Of a stretch of 64,000 bases of DNA, positions 47,690 to 56,831 are shown one piece after another. A program made the position numbers and the translations under genes. The DNA comes from Syntrophales bacterium (GTDB taxonomy: Bacteria; Desulfobacterota; Syntrophia; Syntrophales; UBA2210). Position 1 is the stretch's first letter, and every line of letters begins with the position of its first letter. The stretch spans positions 1,920,001 through 1,984,000 of the forward strand of contig CAXXKT010000001.1 of assembly GCA_963662405.2 (NCBI GenBank), read 5' to 3'. The notes under the pieces were generated by a model that made no database searches, was not told the origin of the DNA, and saw only the letters and a program-made list of their open reading frames with translations.

Positions 47690-47983
47690 TCAACCTCCCT
47701 CACACATCGACAAGGGGAGCAATTCAACCGACATGATCACCCATCCAACTCTCAGCCCGTACGCCGGGCCGGGCAGGATAAAGATGATCCGCACAAGCAT
47801 CTTCCGCCCGGTATATTCCAGTGGCTTTCCTTCTTTCATTTCCGCGCCGGTATACTTTGTCTCCCGCAGGAGGATCAAATCGCCCGCCTGATAATCCCGA
47901 TCGTTGTACCGGATCTCCCACTCCCTCAATCCCCGGTATGATGCCTCAAACATCTCCGGGTCCGTCTTTAATTCGTGTTTCAC
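47690..47983 (-). CDS. DUF3850 / ASCH-like protein
   Basis: HELKTDPEMF...WEIRYNDRDYQAGDLILLRE...YTGR. Confidence 0.85.
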   Translation of the reverse strand: MKHELKTDPEMFEASYRGLREWEIRYNDRDYQAGDLILLRETKYTGAEMKEGKPLEYTGRKMLVRIIFILPGPAYGLRVGWVIMSVELLPLSMCEGG

Positions 47984-48410
47984 TGTTTTGCTCCCTCATT
48001 CCTCCCGAATCATTGCGATCGAGATTCTGCAGGCCAAATATGAGCAGTGGAATATCTCTCCGGTGTATCGCTCCATGGGTTTGGGTATGCAGAAAGTTGA
48101 TGTTAATGACGTCACTGCCGTCCTCCAGTATCGCGAGGCGTATCTTCTCATGCATGTCCGTCCGGGAGTCCTTGTCGGGGAAACGTACTATGTGACCGTT
48201 CGCGGGATCGGGGGGTGAAACATCCCTGCCGGCAACAATGCGGTCGAACTCATCGCGCAAGCGTTGTTCCATTTCCCTTTTATCCGGAGGGCCGATGCGA
48301 ACCAGTATCAATTCATCCGGAGGCTCTTTCATGGGTGACTGTGCTCCTTTCCCGCAAGCGGCATTGTCCCGGCCGTCTGATCCCGCATCTTTTTCCCGTC
48401 TCATCGCCAC
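47946..48410 (-). CDS. Phage hypothetical protein
   Basis: ORF in the operon with GGAGG RBS. Confidence 0.45.
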   Translation of the reverse strand: MAMRREKDAGSDGRDNAACGKGAQSPMKEPPDELILVRIGPPDKREMEQRLRDEFDRIVAGRDVSPPDPANGHIVRFPDKDSRTDMHEKIRLAILEDGSDVININFLHTQTHGAIHRRDIPLLIFGLQNLDRNDSGGMREQNSETRIKDGPGDV

Positions 48411-48412
48411 TT

Positions 48413-48796
48413 CTACCTCCCCAAAAACATAACTTCGCGGGTTTGATTTCCGAAGGACCTGGCCTCTTCAACGGTACCCATAAAGACATCAACTCTCTCG
48501 TGGAACCTTTTGTTCATCAAATCGTTGACCCTCCGGACACCAACACCATCAATATAAACCCGTCCGCCAAGCCAGTGCATCAGATCCCGGGACACGGCGC
48601 AGGTCCACCCGGCCACCGGGCCCTCCATGGTGGCGGTGTGTCCCGGATCGCTGTTCGTCTCGCATTGCCGGTTTGTGTATGCCGTGACCGTGGCGGTGAT
48701 CTCCTCGGTGGCGGAACCCCCCTTCACCTGGTGTATGACGTACACCTGGGAGGCTGCCAGGATCGCAATGAACAGGATGTTCCAGAAGAGTTTCAT
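48413..48796 (-). CDS. 3D-domain (MltA-like) protein with N-terminal TM
   Basis: TVTAYT, CAVSRDL, RRVNDLM, RVDVFM. Confidence 0.75.
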   Translation of the reverse strand: MKLFWNILFIAILAASQVYVIHQVKGGSATEEITATVTAYTNRQCETNSDPGHTATMEGPVAGWTCAVSRDLMHWLGGRVYIDGVGVRRVNDLMNKRFHERVDVFMGTVEEARSFGNQTREVMFLGR

Positions 48797-48847
48797 AGAT
48801 CGTCAACCTGCCGTGCAATAAGTCTTCGTTGTCCGTGCTAGCGGCTG

Positions 48848-49030
48848 TCATGGCGCATAAGCAATATTCCATGTCGGATGATACAATCGTGACGCCTTTT
48901 CCCCGTCAATCCGTATGCGAAGATAGGGGCCGCGTGTTCCGGTGATAACGCCGTGCCTGCCTTCACAGTTCACTCTTCCGCCACGTTTGGCGGGGACGCC
49001 ATAGGCTTTCCTGATATAATCCATGCTCAC
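48848..49030 (-). CDS. Small phage protein
   Basis: DYIRKAYGVPAKRGGRV...YHPTW. Confidence 0.65.
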   Translation of the reverse strand: MSMDYIRKAYGVPAKRGGRVNCEGRHGVITGTRGPYLRIRIDGEKASRLYHPTWNIAYAP

Positions 49031-49464
49031 CGTGTCCCCTCCGACATATCCGCACAGTCTTTTCCCGTCTTGAAAATGATGTCCTGCAATCCTGACTCGA
49101 GGATGGTGATCGCCTCGCTTTCGATCATACGGCAGTTTATGCCTGCCGCCGTTTCCAAGGCCTTATAGATCTCAATATCCGGGCCCTGGAAAACGATGGT
49201 GATCTTTTTCCCGTCTCGGGCTTCTCTTATGGCTTCCTGGGCCTCGTTTGCCGCCTGTTCGGCTCTTTTGCTTTGAATTTCATCACATCGATCCTCGATG
49301 TCCTTACGCTCCTTGGCCAGGATCCGCTCTCGGACCTTCGCCAACGCCTTTTTTCGTTCCTCGTCTTCGAGACCCCTTGCAGCCTGGTAGCACGTGCCGC
49401 ACAGCCCCTTGGCCATGATCTTGATGTCTTTCCGTCCGCAATTCTCACACGTCCCTATCTTCAT
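49027..49464 (-). CDS. Phage hypothetical protein (Zn-finger-like N-terminus)
   Basis: CENC...GLCGTCY. Confidence 0.6.
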   Translation of the reverse strand: MKIGTCENCGRKDIKIMAKGLCGTCYQAARGLEDEERKKALAKVRERILAKERKDIEDRCDEIQSKRAEQAANEAQEAIREARDGKKITIVFQGPDIEIYKALETAAGINCRMIESEAITILESGLQDIIFKTGKDCADMSEGTR

Positions 49465-49734
49465 GGCGTCCTTCCCCCTTTTTCTCCTTCACCCTCCACG
49501 GCAAATCGCGGTTTGGCCATCCTGTTGTGCCTCGGTCCCAGATGCTTCCGACATGCCGCTTACCGCCGCGGCCAAATGGCTCTCCGATCTCCGCAAGTGA
49601 TCAAGGACCTGCTCATCGGGGTCGTGTCCGTCCCTCTCTCTATCGTTGATTCTCAACACCGCACGGCTGAGTTCCATCTGTGCACATCCCAGCTCTTCTC
49701 TCCAATGCATTGCCTGGTCCCCTTGCTGTGTTAA

Positions 49735-50019
49735 TTATTTCTTCACCTCGGCATTCTCCCTTTCCAACAGTGGAAGATCCCGAGGGGAAAATGATGTTTT
49801 GTGCAATCTCCCTAATGCATCAACGTAGTCACACATCAATACAGGCTCTTGCACAAATCCGACTTCAACATTGCCGATGATAGTAGAGTGCCCGGTAACC
49901 AGCATAGTGATACCAAGGTATGTGAAGGATTCTCCCCGCTTCCTGAATGCCTCGAGCCTCTTGATTGCCTCTTCTTGCCAACTCGGTTTTTGTTCAGCTT
50001 TCTTCCTTTTCAACCACAT
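49735..50019 (-). CDS. Phage hypothetical protein
   Basis: ORF within the leftward operon. Confidence 0.5.
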   Translation of the reverse strand: MWLKRKKAEQKPSWQEEAIKRLEAFRKRGESFTYLGITMLVTGHSTIIGNVEVGFVQEPVLMCDYVDALGRLHKTSFSPRDLPLLERENAEVKK

Positions 50020-50262
50020 ACTGTTACTATTCTCCTCGCCGTGTCGTGATCCTCTGTATGTTCTGTGTCCCCAACCATTCTTCTCGCAGATGGTCCCGCT
50101 CTCCCTAGAGGATATAAAGCAGCATCAGGAACGCCCCCATCAGCATCACCAAAAAGGCGACGCATCCGAGCATGCGCCGCCAGTTGCTTCGAGGATCCGG
50201 CATTTCCAGCTTCACAAAATAGCCTGATACCTTCGCAATGACTTCCATGGTGTCTCCCTTTC

Positions 50263-50463
50263 TCATGTGTAGAGCTCACGCCGGGGAATCCCGTTGTCCG
50301 CGTCAAACTTCCCCTGATCCCAGGCCAGCGACATTTCCGGGGAGGAAAACAGGGTGAAGTGGCAGTTCCCCTCGTTCGGGCCCTGCTTTCCGCAGTCGTA
50401 CCCCGCGTTGTATGCTTCCTCCAGGGTCCGGCGTTTCGGTATGATTTCTGAAAGTGTCATCAC
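50263..50463 (-). CDS. Phage hypothetical protein
   Basis: EEAYNAGYDCGKQG...AWDQGK. Confidence 0.5.
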   Translation of the reverse strand: MMTLSEIIPKRRTLEEAYNAGYDCGKQGPNEGNCHFTLFSSPEMSLAWDQGKFDADNGIPRRELYT

Positions 50464-50493
50464 CGTCCTCTTCCTTCCGGGATGGTCCCGCTG

Positions 50494-50709
50494 TTATGAG
50501 TGTTTCTTAGACCCTCTGGCCGCGTCGGGTGGGTACGCTCCAGCCGGCGACTTTCCGCTTCCGTAATGCTTTTTCCTGAAATTGTGCACGATCCGATCGG
50601 CTTCGATCTTTGATTCGATCGGCGACTTCCTCCTCGTTTTGCCGAGGTTGAATGCATCAATGATCAGATCCAGCTTTTCATTCACTTCTTTGAACTGTTC
50701 ATTCGTCAT
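50494..50709 (-). CDS. Phage hypothetical protein
   Basis: MTNEQFKEVNEKLDLII, overlapping the end of the CII-like gene. Confidence 0.45.
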   Translation of the reverse strand: MTNEQFKEVNEKLDLIIDAFNLGKTRRKSPIESKIEADRIVHNFRKKHYGSGKSPAGAYPPDAARGSKKHS

Positions 50710-51190
50710 ATCGATCCCGCCCATCGTCAAGACAGATCTGTGCCCGCAGAAGCGCCTCGATCGCCTCGTCGATCTCGCGTGAGAGACGCTTTTTTTCGGC
50801 ATCCGTCACCCTTCCGTCGCGAAGCGACTCCGCAGCCACGGAAACGACATCCGCCGTCTCTTTCATGATATCTGATATCCGGGTTGCGATAGAGGAGGCA
50901 CTGCAATCTGTGCCACCGTCGAGTTGGATAAAGTAACCGTTTGCCTGACGGCACAACTTTTTCATTGTCTGAACCGGTTTCGTGACCCTGATGATACCGA
51001 TAAAGCCTTCGACCGATGGTTTGCCGTCCCCATTTCTATAATTCTGGTGAGTTCGCCAACTTCGCCCGACCATATTTTCAAGATCGCGGTCAGAATAGCC
51101 GTTGAAGTTTGCCTCCCGCATCAGATCCTTCAGAATGTCTTCCGCACAATCCCTGTGAGCCTGCTTGATTCCGGTCTGTGATCTTGTCAT
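50699..51190 (-). CDS. Phage regulatory CII-like protein
   Basis: GGAGG RBS; C-terminal ESLRDGRVTDAEKKRLSREIDEAI pattern. Confidence 0.7.
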   Translation of the reverse strand: MTRSQTGIKQAHRDCAEDILKDLMREANFNGYSDRDLENMVGRSWRTHQNYRNGDGKPSVEGFIGIIRVTKPVQTMKKLCRQANGYFIQLDGGTDCSASSIATRISDIMKETADVVSVAAESLRDGRVTDAEKKRLSREIDEAIEALLRAQICLDDGRDRYDE

Positions 51191-51527
51191 TGCCTCCCTC
51201 CCGAATATCGTGTAAATGCGCCACCTTTCCCCCTGTCAATTGACTACGACCCGCCGTATCATGCGAGTCAAGGGGAAAGAGATGGTCAACGAGATTGTGA
51301 TCGATACGCAAAACGTCACTACGGAGATTATCGAAAACCGGCCGGAGCAGCTCCGCGAGCTGGAGCATGGCCCGTTCGTTGCCGCTGTGGTAGGACGTGA
51401 GCAGTTGAGAGACCCGGGCCCGGGACACGGGCGGGTTCATGTTCTGCGCGAGGATTTCATGCGTCAGCCCGCCGTAGGTGATCAGCGTCGTGATCATATT
51501 TCTATTGATAATGCGTTTTTGTTTCAT
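51090..51527 (-). CDS. Cro-like HTH protein
   Basis: GLTHEILAQNMNPPVSRARVSQLL; divergent from CI. Confidence 0.55.
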   Translation of the reverse strand: MKQKRIINRNMITTLITYGGLTHEILAQNMNPPVSRARVSQLLTSYHSGNERAMLQLAELLRPVFDNLRSDVLRIDHNLVDHLFPLDSHDTAGRSQLTGGKVAHLHDIREGGNDKITDRNQAGSQGLCGRHSEGSDAGGKLQRLF

Positions 51528-51801
51528 TATAGTGACCCTTACCTCATGTTAGCTGGTGCGTTTGCGGAGTCTTTGAAAGAAACGGCACGGTATCAGAGAG
51601 CCCTTCGGTACGGTATAGCCGTTGACATTCTGAGCTGGCCAAAGAAAAAGCGGTCTCCGCGGACTCCGGTAGAGATCCGTCAACTGGAAGATCCGCTGAA
51701 TGTAAGCAGCGGTGAGGGGTAAGAACATTAACTGAAATAACGTTGTTCATGATGCCCTCCGTTGTGAGTTTGTTAGTACGGTGAGTAAATAATCGGAAAA
51801 A

Positions 51802-52491
51802 ATGATAATGTCAAGAAAAAAATCGAAATTTTCGAATAAAACATCAGATATTATCGATTATATTAAAAGGATAAAAGGCTTAAAAACTGACACAGAATTT
51901 GCTAAAATATTAGGAATACGTCAAAATACGGTATCTACCTGGAGAGGAAAAGATTCCTTTCCCGTAAAAAAAATAATCAAATTTTGCGATAAAGAAAATA
52001 TATCTCTTGCGCCGTTCGTAGGTTCTGGTAACAGGTTCGACAATCCCCCAAGCCATACAAACCCATCCAACCATACCGATGACAACTATTTCATCAATGC
52101 TATGATGGCGCATCCAATTCCTATCGTAGGAACTGTTCCCGCTGGTTTTCCCCAACTACCCCCTGACGAAGATCATGTCATTGATTATCTTTCGATTCCC
52201 GACGTGCCGAGAGATTCATTTGCTATGATCGTATCAGGCGAAAGCATGTCTCCCACAGTCAGAAGCGGAGATTATGCCGTTTTTCAAATTGCCGGAGGAG
52301 GAGATATAAAAAGCGGTGATCTTGTCATTGTCAGTAATGAATGGAATGAGTTGATTCTCAAGCGGTTTAGAAAAAAAGATCAAAAGATTGTACTAACCAG
52401 CGACAATCCAGAGTACCATGCTATAGCTCCAAATGATCACTACAGAATTATTGGTAAAGTAATCAAGGTGATAAGGGACATTAAATTCTAA
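51802..52491 (+). CDS. CI-like repressor (HTH + S24 peptidase)
   Basis: EFAKILGIRQNTVSTW; VPAG cleavage site; GESMSP, LILKR, SDNPEY. Confidence 0.92.
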   Translation: MIMSRKKSKFSNKTSDIIDYIKRIKGLKTDTEFAKILGIRQNTVSTWRGKDSFPVKKIIKFCDKENISLAPFVGSGNRFDNPPSHTNPSNHTDDNYFINAMMAHPIPIVGTVPAGFPQLPPDEDHVIDYLSIPDVPRDSFAMIVSGESMSPTVRSGDYAVFQIAGGGDIKSGDLVIVSNEWNELILKRFRKKDQKIVLTSDNPEYHAIAPNDHYRIIGKVIKVIRDIKF

Positions 52492-52643
52492 AATAAATTA
52501 ATGCTGCACGTGTCAAAGAAAAACAACGGCTGCAATCATCCAGGAAAAGACGTCTGCTGAGGCGGTTATAAAGACACCTGTATCATCCTCACCGGTGCGG
52601 CCTCTGGTCTGGATCGGAAATTGTCCCCAATGGAAATACAGAC

Positions 52644-53663
52644 ATGAGCGTCCGTAGAATAGGTGAGAACAAATACCAGATCGACGTGTACGAAGCCGGC
52701 CGGAAGGGGAAGCGGATCCGCAAAATCATAGAAGGAACCGAGGTCGATGCAAACCAGCTCGAACGCGACATAAAGCTGGCGCTGGGCCAGACACCCTACA
52801 AAACCGAAACGATCGCTGCCTTGATCGAGCCGTACCTCGAATGGGTAAAAACCGATCAGTCCGACCGGACCTACACCGAAAAATACAAAATGCTCAATGG
52901 GCACATACTCTCATTCTTTGGCAAATTCATGCCCCCGGAAATCACCAGACGGCACATTGACGCCTACAAAAAATACCGTCTGGACGAGATAGGCAAAAAG
53001 CACCGGCAGATCAATCTCGAAATCACCACACTCTCGGCCATGATCAGGTGGCATTACGATCTTGAAGGCATCGACGACGCGCCGCTGCCGCGCCACAAAA
53101 AACTCCCCTACAAACGTCCCCTCCCGCAATACCTCTCCCGGGAGGAGGTTGATCGATTCATTGGGGCCATGTCGATATTCCATGTGGCGTTCTGCGGGTG
53201 CATGTATTACGCCGGAATGCGGTTTCAGGAGGTTGCGACCCTCAAGCTGGGGTCACTACACGAGACGCACATCAAAGTGATGGGGAAGGGCAGCAAGATA
53301 CGCTTGGTGCCCATCTCCGGGACGCTCCGTGGTATCCTGGACAGATACCTCGAGGGACGGGCACAGCTCGCGGAGAAGAATGAAAAGATTGCCGGGTCCG
53401 ATCTGGTATTTCCATCGGCAAAGACCGGACGACCGCTGACCAGTATCAAAACAGCGATCCGACTGGCTCTGGGGCGTGCAGAAATCGGCCGGAAAATCAC
53501 ACCCCACATGCTCCGGCACGCATTCGCGACCCATCTGCTCGAGGGAGGAGGCGACCTGAGATCTATCCAGATGCTGCTGGGACACGCTCAAATCAGTACG
53601 ACACAGATCTATACAAACGTCGCCATGCCCCACTTGAGACACACCGTCGAACTCCTCAAGTAA
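52644..53663 (+). CDS. int: Tyrosine recombinase / phage integrase
   Basis: [38 protein letters not shown]. Confidence 0.93.
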   Translation: MSVRRIGENKYQIDVYEAGRKGKRIRKIIEGTEVDANQLERDIKLALGQTPYKTETIAALIEPYLEWVKTDQSDRTYTEKYKMLNGHILSFFGKFMPPEITRRHIDAYKKYRLDEIGKKHRQINLEITTLSAMIRWHYDLEGIDDAPLPRHKKLPYKRPLPQYLSREEVDRFIGAMSIFHVAFCGCMYYAGMRFQEVATLKLGSLHETHIKVMGKGSKIRLVPISGTLRGILDRYLEGRAQLAEKNEKIAGSDLVFPSAKTGRPLTSIKTAIRLALGRAEIGRKITPHMLRHAFATHLLEGGGDLRSIQMLLGHAQISTTQIYTNVAMPHLRHTVELLK

Positions 53664-53713
53664 AAAGCGTAGTCAATATTGACTACAAAAAAGGAGCTAC
53701 GACAAATCGTAAC
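53542..53713 (+). repeat. Direct repeat copy 1 (int 3' end + GTAGTCAATATTGACTAC)
   Basis: Near-identical to 54349-54531. Confidence 0.9.
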
Positions 53714-53746
53714 TCAGAAGGCATCAAACTCTGCAAAGGACCCTAT

Positions 53747-53995
53747 TTGCCATATCCCTACAGTTCGAATATTGAAGGGGCCAAGTACGGTGAAATAAGA
53801 GAACTGAGGATTCAACATAAGGGGAAACCATACAGAGTCATTTACGCCTTTGATCCCCGAAGGGCCGCTATTCTGCTGATCGGCGGCAGGAAGACCGGGG
53901 GAAAACGGTGGTACGAAAAATACGTACCCCTGGCAGAAAAGATTTATGAGGAGCATTTGAAGTCGCTAAAAGAAGAAAAAGGAGAAGTACCATGA
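53747..53995 (+). pseudogene. 5'-truncated RelE/Gp49-like toxin
   Basis: PYSSNI...IRELRIQHKGKPYRVIYAFDPRRAAILLIGGRKTG; the usual N-terminus and an RBS are missing. Confidence 0.75.
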
Positions 53996-54312
53996 GCAAA
54001 CCTTATTCTATATTGAGAGAGAAGATGAAACCCGCGGCAAGAAAAAAGGCATCAGAGAAAACCAAGGCGATGCTTGAAGCTATGCCATTACAAGAATTGC
54101 GTCAGGCCAGAAATTTGAGTCAGGAACAATTGGCACAGACATTGTCTGTTAACCAGGCTGCGGTATCAAAGATTGAGCATCGGACAGATATGTATATCAG
54201 CACATTGCGGAACTTTATCAAGGCCATGGGGGGAGATCTTGAGATTATTGCTAAATTCCCTGATGGGTCGATCCCGATCAATCAGTTTAAGAGAATTGCT
54301 GGGAAACGGTAG
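53992..54312 (+). CDS. XRE-HTH antitoxin
   Basis: LQELRQARNLSQEQLA...VSKIEHRTDMYISTLRNFIKAMGGDLEI. Confidence 0.9.
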   Translation: MSKPYSILREKMKPAARKKASEKTKAMLEAMPLQELRQARNLSQEQLAQTLSVNQAAVSKIEHRTDMYISTLRNFIKAMGGDLEIIAKFPDGSIPINQFKRIAGKR

Positions 54313-54348
54313 AACAATCGATTCATATCTTCTTAAGTCCTATAGGAT

Positions 54349-54531
54349 AGGGAGGAGGCGACCTGAGATCCATCCAGATGCTGCTGGGACACGCTCAAAT
54401 CAGTACGACACAGATCTACACAAACGTCGCCATGCCCCACTTGAGACACACCGTCGAACTCCTCAAGTAAAAAGCGTAGTCAACCGTAGTCAATATTGAC
54501 TACAAAAAAGGGGTTACGAAAAATCGTAACC
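54349..54531 (+). repeat. Direct repeat copy 2 (orphan int 3' fragment)
   Basis: Encodes [39 protein letters not shown] a second time. Confidence 0.9.
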
Positions 54532-54586
54532 CCTTGGAATCTGGAGCCGATGAGCGGATTTGAACCGCTGACCTGCTGATTACGAA
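54524..54586. repeat. Right att site
   Basis: Identical to 15757-15819; overlaps the tRNA 3' half. Confidence 0.95.
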
Positions 54587-54617
54587 TCAGCTGCTCTACC
54601 GGCTGAGCTACATCGGC
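54542..54617 (-). tRNA. tRNA-Thr (anticodon CGT)
   Basis: GCCGATGTAGCTCAGCCGGTAGAGCAGCTGATTCGTAATCAGCAGGTCAGCGGTTCAAATCCGCTCATCGGCTCCA, a 76-nt cloverleaf with CCA end. Confidence 0.97.
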
Positions 54618-54860
54618 CTTCATACCGGACAGCTTGAAAAGTGCCTTTCTATCGTAACCTTCTCCTGTTGTCAAGAGATTAGCCGAGACATTATCGTTAT
54701 TGTGCTTTTTGAATCGTATGGGGATGAGCAGAAGCGTATTTTGTCCTTTCCACCGAAGGCTCATACCCTTTGCCTTGACTTTCCCCCCTGTTTTGGTAGT
54801 ATCTTCGCGGTTTAAGCGTGGGGTCAAAAGACCCGGAAGCAACACGGAGTCATAGGAGAG

Positions 54861-56804
54861 ATGGCGCAACAGAGGCAGCGATACAGGAGCTGGGTGGAGA
54901 TCGACCTGGACAGCTTCAGGGATAACTGGGCCGAGATAGGACGGTTGGTCGGTCCCGGTGTCAAGGTTCTCCAGGTGGTTAAAGCGGATGCGTACGGCCA
55001 TGGGGCGATCGAGATCTCACGGGCCGCCGTGAAAAACGGCGTGTATGGCCTCGGGGTAGCCAATGCGGATGAGGGGGTGCAGCTCCGGGTCGGCGGGATC
55101 GACGCACCGGTTATCATCCTGAGTCCTTCCACGACACCTGAGATCGATGAGATCATCAAGTATCATCTCATCCCCTCCGTATCGGATGTCCACTTCGCGC
55201 AAGCGCTGAGCGAAAAGCTGGTCGAGAATGGGGCGCAGCTCCCCGTGCATATCGAGGTCGATACCGGGATGGGGAGAGGCGGGGCCATCACTGAGGATGC
55301 CATCGCCATGGTGAAGGAAGTACGTGCCCTCCCCAACATGGAGCTTGAGGGGATATTCTCCCACCTGTCCGTCAGCGAGGTGGGGGATGACGCGTATAAC
55401 GATCTCCAGTGGGAGCGCTTTGATGAGATCCTGAGGGGTCTGGAGAGGGAGGGGATTACTGTTCCCATCAGGCACATCTCGAACAGCGGCGGGGTGATCG
55501 ATTTTCCCTCCTTCTGCCTGGATATGGTCCGTCCCGGGATCATGACGTATGGTGTTTTCCCCGGTCACGGTATGGAGGCGAAGGCTCATTTGATCCCGGT
55601 GATGACCTTCAAAACAACCGTCGTGATTCTCAAAGACTTCCCCGCCGGATACAGTATCGGGTACGGCAGGACGTATGTTACCAAGAGGCCGACGCGGATA
55701 GCGACCATACCGGTCGGATACGGTGACGGGTACGGTGTTGTCATGTCGAACCGGGGTGAGGCGTTGATTCGCGGGAGGAGGGTGCCGATCGTAGGGCGGA
55801 TCTCTATGGACATGTGCACGGTCGATGTGACCGATATCCCCCACTGTGAGATCGGAGACGAGGTGGTCCTGATGGGACGGCAGGGGGAAGAGTATATCTC
55901 GGCGGGTGAGATTGCCGAAAAGGCCGGGACGATCAGCTATGAGATCCTCTGCGCCCTGGGGAAGAGGGCCCCGCGGGTATTTGTCGATAGGGGGAAACCG
56001 GATGCGGTCGAACCGAAACTGCGGCGGATCTTTATACCCGGAGAGGAAAAGTCCATCGGTCGGATCGACAATATGATACGCAGTTGCCTCCAGGCCCGGA
56101 CGATCGATCCGGCCTTCGCCGATGCGATCTACTATGAGATGTTCGAGACGCTCTTCGGGAAGGAAAACCGCCGGCTGGAATTGAGGATGGGGTTCAGATA
56201 TGATATCAGGATCGGCGAGTTACACGAGCCGGACGGGGAGTATTTCAAGGCCACGACCCATATCGAGTATACAAAAACGTTGAGGGACACCCGCTTCATC
56301 ATCGGGTGCGCCCGAAATGAGGAGCAGCTCTCGGCCCTCTTCGAGGAAGAGCGGTGTGAATACCGGTGGCTCCTGAACGGGACGAACAGTCCCATTCCCA
56401 TCAGAGAGGGTGATTTTCGGGTGACCCGCGTGGCGATTGATGGTGCCGACGTACCGATTATCAGTACGCAGAGCACTCACCGGGGATACGAGGTCCTGTG
56501 CGGCGGAGATGACCTCGATGAATTCATGAACCGGCAGGTCAGGGTGGCGATCGAGATAGAGACGAAAAAGCACCGGGGGACCAGGATGTTCCCCGTCTAC
56601 CTGGCATACCCCACCCGTGGATTGGGCATATCCTTCAGCTATGAGGGGACGGGGCTCAGGAATGTCAGGGAGGTGAGCTTCTTCGCGGGGCGGCGCCCCT
56701 ATCCGGAGGTACGGATGGATGAGGGGCGGTCGATAGAACTCAGGATCGATGACGATGAATGGATCTTTCCGAACAGCGGCGTAACTTTTGTCTGGGATCT
56801 TTAG
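54861..56804 (+). CDS. alr: Alanine racemase with ~270-aa C-terminal extension
   Basis: VVKADAYGHGA, DTGMGR, VRPG, IGYG, GRISMD, GTISYEILC. Confidence 0.92.
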   Translation: MAQQRQRYRSWVEIDLDSFRDNWAEIGRLVGPGVKVLQVVKADAYGHGAIEISRAAVKNGVYGLGVANADEGVQLRVGGIDAPVIILSPSTTPEIDEIIKYHLIPSVSDVHFAQALSEKLVENGAQLPVHIEVDTGMGRGGAITEDAIAMVKEVRALPNMELEGIFSHLSVSEVGDDAYNDLQWERFDEILRGLEREGITVPIRHISNSGGVIDFPSFCLDMVRPGIMTYGVFPGHGMEAKAHLIPVMTFKTTVVILKDFPAGYSIGYGRTYVTKRPTRIATIPVGYGDGYGVVMSNRGEALIRGRRVPIVGRISMDMCTVDVTDIPHCEIGDEVVLMGRQGEEYISAGEIAEKAGTISYEILCALGKRAPRVFVDRGKPDAVEPKLRRIFIPGEEKSIGRIDNMIRSCLQARTIDPAFADAIYYEMFETLFGKENRRLELRMGFRYDIRIGELHEPDGEYFKATTHIEYTKTLRDTRFIIGCARNEEQLSALFEEERCEYRWLLNGTNSPIPIREGDFRVTRVAIDGADVPIISTQSTHRGYEVLCGGDDLDEFMNRQVRVAIEIETKKHRGTRMFPVYLAYPTRGLGISFSYEGTGLRNVREVSFFAGRRPYPEVRMDEGRSIELRIDDDEWIFPNSGVTFVWDL

Positions 56805-56831
56805 CGGATCAACAGTAAGGGAACGAGTTTG

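Larger units (their letters stand above)
15757..54586. mobile_element. ~38.8-kb prophage-derived or satellite-like island integrated at tRNA-Thr(CGT)
   Basis: Flanking att repeats, tyrosine integrase near the tRNA, phage regulation/replication/packaging genes, cargo region. Confidence 0.93.

Noticed and set aside
52644..53663. Integrase as an integron integrase (IntI)
   Set aside because: I see no IntI-specific insertion before the HxLRH box, and it sits beside a tRNA att site like a phage integrase.
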